From: a virus
IMG/VR virus record: IMGVR_UViG_3300045988_047610
Coordinates: 1-34,166 of that record
Reading direction: 5' to 3' (one strand)
Length of the DNA stretch: 34,166 bases
Part shown: one piece after another, positions 33,917-34,166 of the stretch
How the letters are laid out: the number at the start of each line of letters is the position of its first letter
How positions within the stretch are numbered: the first letter of the stretch is position 1
Notes under the pieces: generated by a model
Told to the model about the DNA's origin: nothing
Seen by the model: only the letters and a program-made list of their open reading frames with translations
Databases searched by the model: none
Position numbers and translations under genes: made by a program

Positions 33917-34166
33917 AACTAACGTATACCGTGGAAGAAGTGGCCGAAGTTTTGGGCGTTTCTAAATCGTCGGTATACAACTTAAAAAATAATGGCACTA
34001 TACATGCTATTGAAAAACTACCCGGTTTGTTGTTTAGCGTTGAAGAAATTCACAGTTTAGTTATGGTGAATGACGAATACAATACATTCAATTACAGATT
34101 ATTAAAAAAGAAGTGTGAAGCGCTAGAAACCGAAAATGCAAAACTAAAAAATAGTATAAAAAAAAT
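33913..34166 (+). CDS. 5' part of the excisionase-family (HTH_17-like) DNA-binding protein gene; continues at 1-165
   Basis: MKLTYTVEEVAEVLGVSKSSVYNLKNNGTIHAIEK fits the excisionase/MerR-like HTH pattern. ATGA overlap with the cro-like stop. Confidence 0.6.
   Translation, partial: MKLTYTVEEVAEVLGVSKSSVYNLKNNGTIHAIEKLPGLLFSVEEIHSLVMVNDEYNTFNYRLLKKKCEALETENAKLKNSIKK
34048..34166. repeat. Right copy of the 119-bp terminal overlap
   Basis: Identical to 1-119. Confidence 0.95.

Larger units (their letters stand above)
1..34166. mobile_element. Complete temperate tailed-phage genome (unit 34,047 bp) given as a circular contig with a 119-bp end overlap
   Basis: Full lysogeny, replication, packaging, morphogenesis and lysis modules are present. 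No flanking host genes. The ends are identical and a CDS reads through the junction. Confidence 0.85.

Overview
The window is one complete temperate tailed-phage (prophage-type) genome. Bases 1-119 are identical to 34048-34166, so the unit length is 34,047 bp and the contig is circular or circularly permuted. One CDS (33913 -> end, continuing 1 -> 165) runs across the junction. The sequence is AT-rich (about 40% GC by eye, not computed). Genes are tightly packed and have AGGGG/GGAGG-type Shine-Dalgarno sites.

Gene order on the + strand: (1) cro-like and excisionase-family HTH genes; (2) a recombination/replication module with Gp157-like, Rad52/Sak-type annealase, NinB/Orf-like, HNH, a replisome organizer carrying internal 15-bp iterons, a G39P-like protein, SSB, a frameshifted C5-methyltransferase-like gene, RusA-like and dUTPase; (3) a putative late regulator; (4) a roughly 0.9-kb gene-poor hub; (5) TerS, TerL, portal, scaffold and major capsid; (6) connector, tail and fibre genes; (7) three large internal/ejection-type virion proteins, one with a Hint domain and one a 1,753-aa polyvalent protein with lysozyme and HEXXH motifs; (8) holin, GH25 endolysin and a membrane-anchored protein; (9) a small moron-like gene.

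On the - strand lies the lysogeny module: tyrosine integrase, a small membrane protein, an ImmA-like protein and a CI-like XRE repressor. Beside it is an attP-like repeat region.

Most interesting observations:
- A second copy of the immunity promoter/operator cassette sits about 10 kb from the switch. It drives an unannotated antisense 51-aa acidic protein.
- A structured, duplicated non-coding region with two terminators lies just upstream of the late operon.
- One virion protein combines an L27/Prp-type N-terminal cleavage motif with a C-terminal Hint (intein-like) domain.
- The ImmA homologue has HQLGH in place of the catalytic HEXXH.
- The methyltransferase-like gene is split at a G6 tract.
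- A terminator plus three roughly 38-bp repeats sit between the portal and scaffold genes.

All functional calls come from motif recognition by eye. No database search was run.
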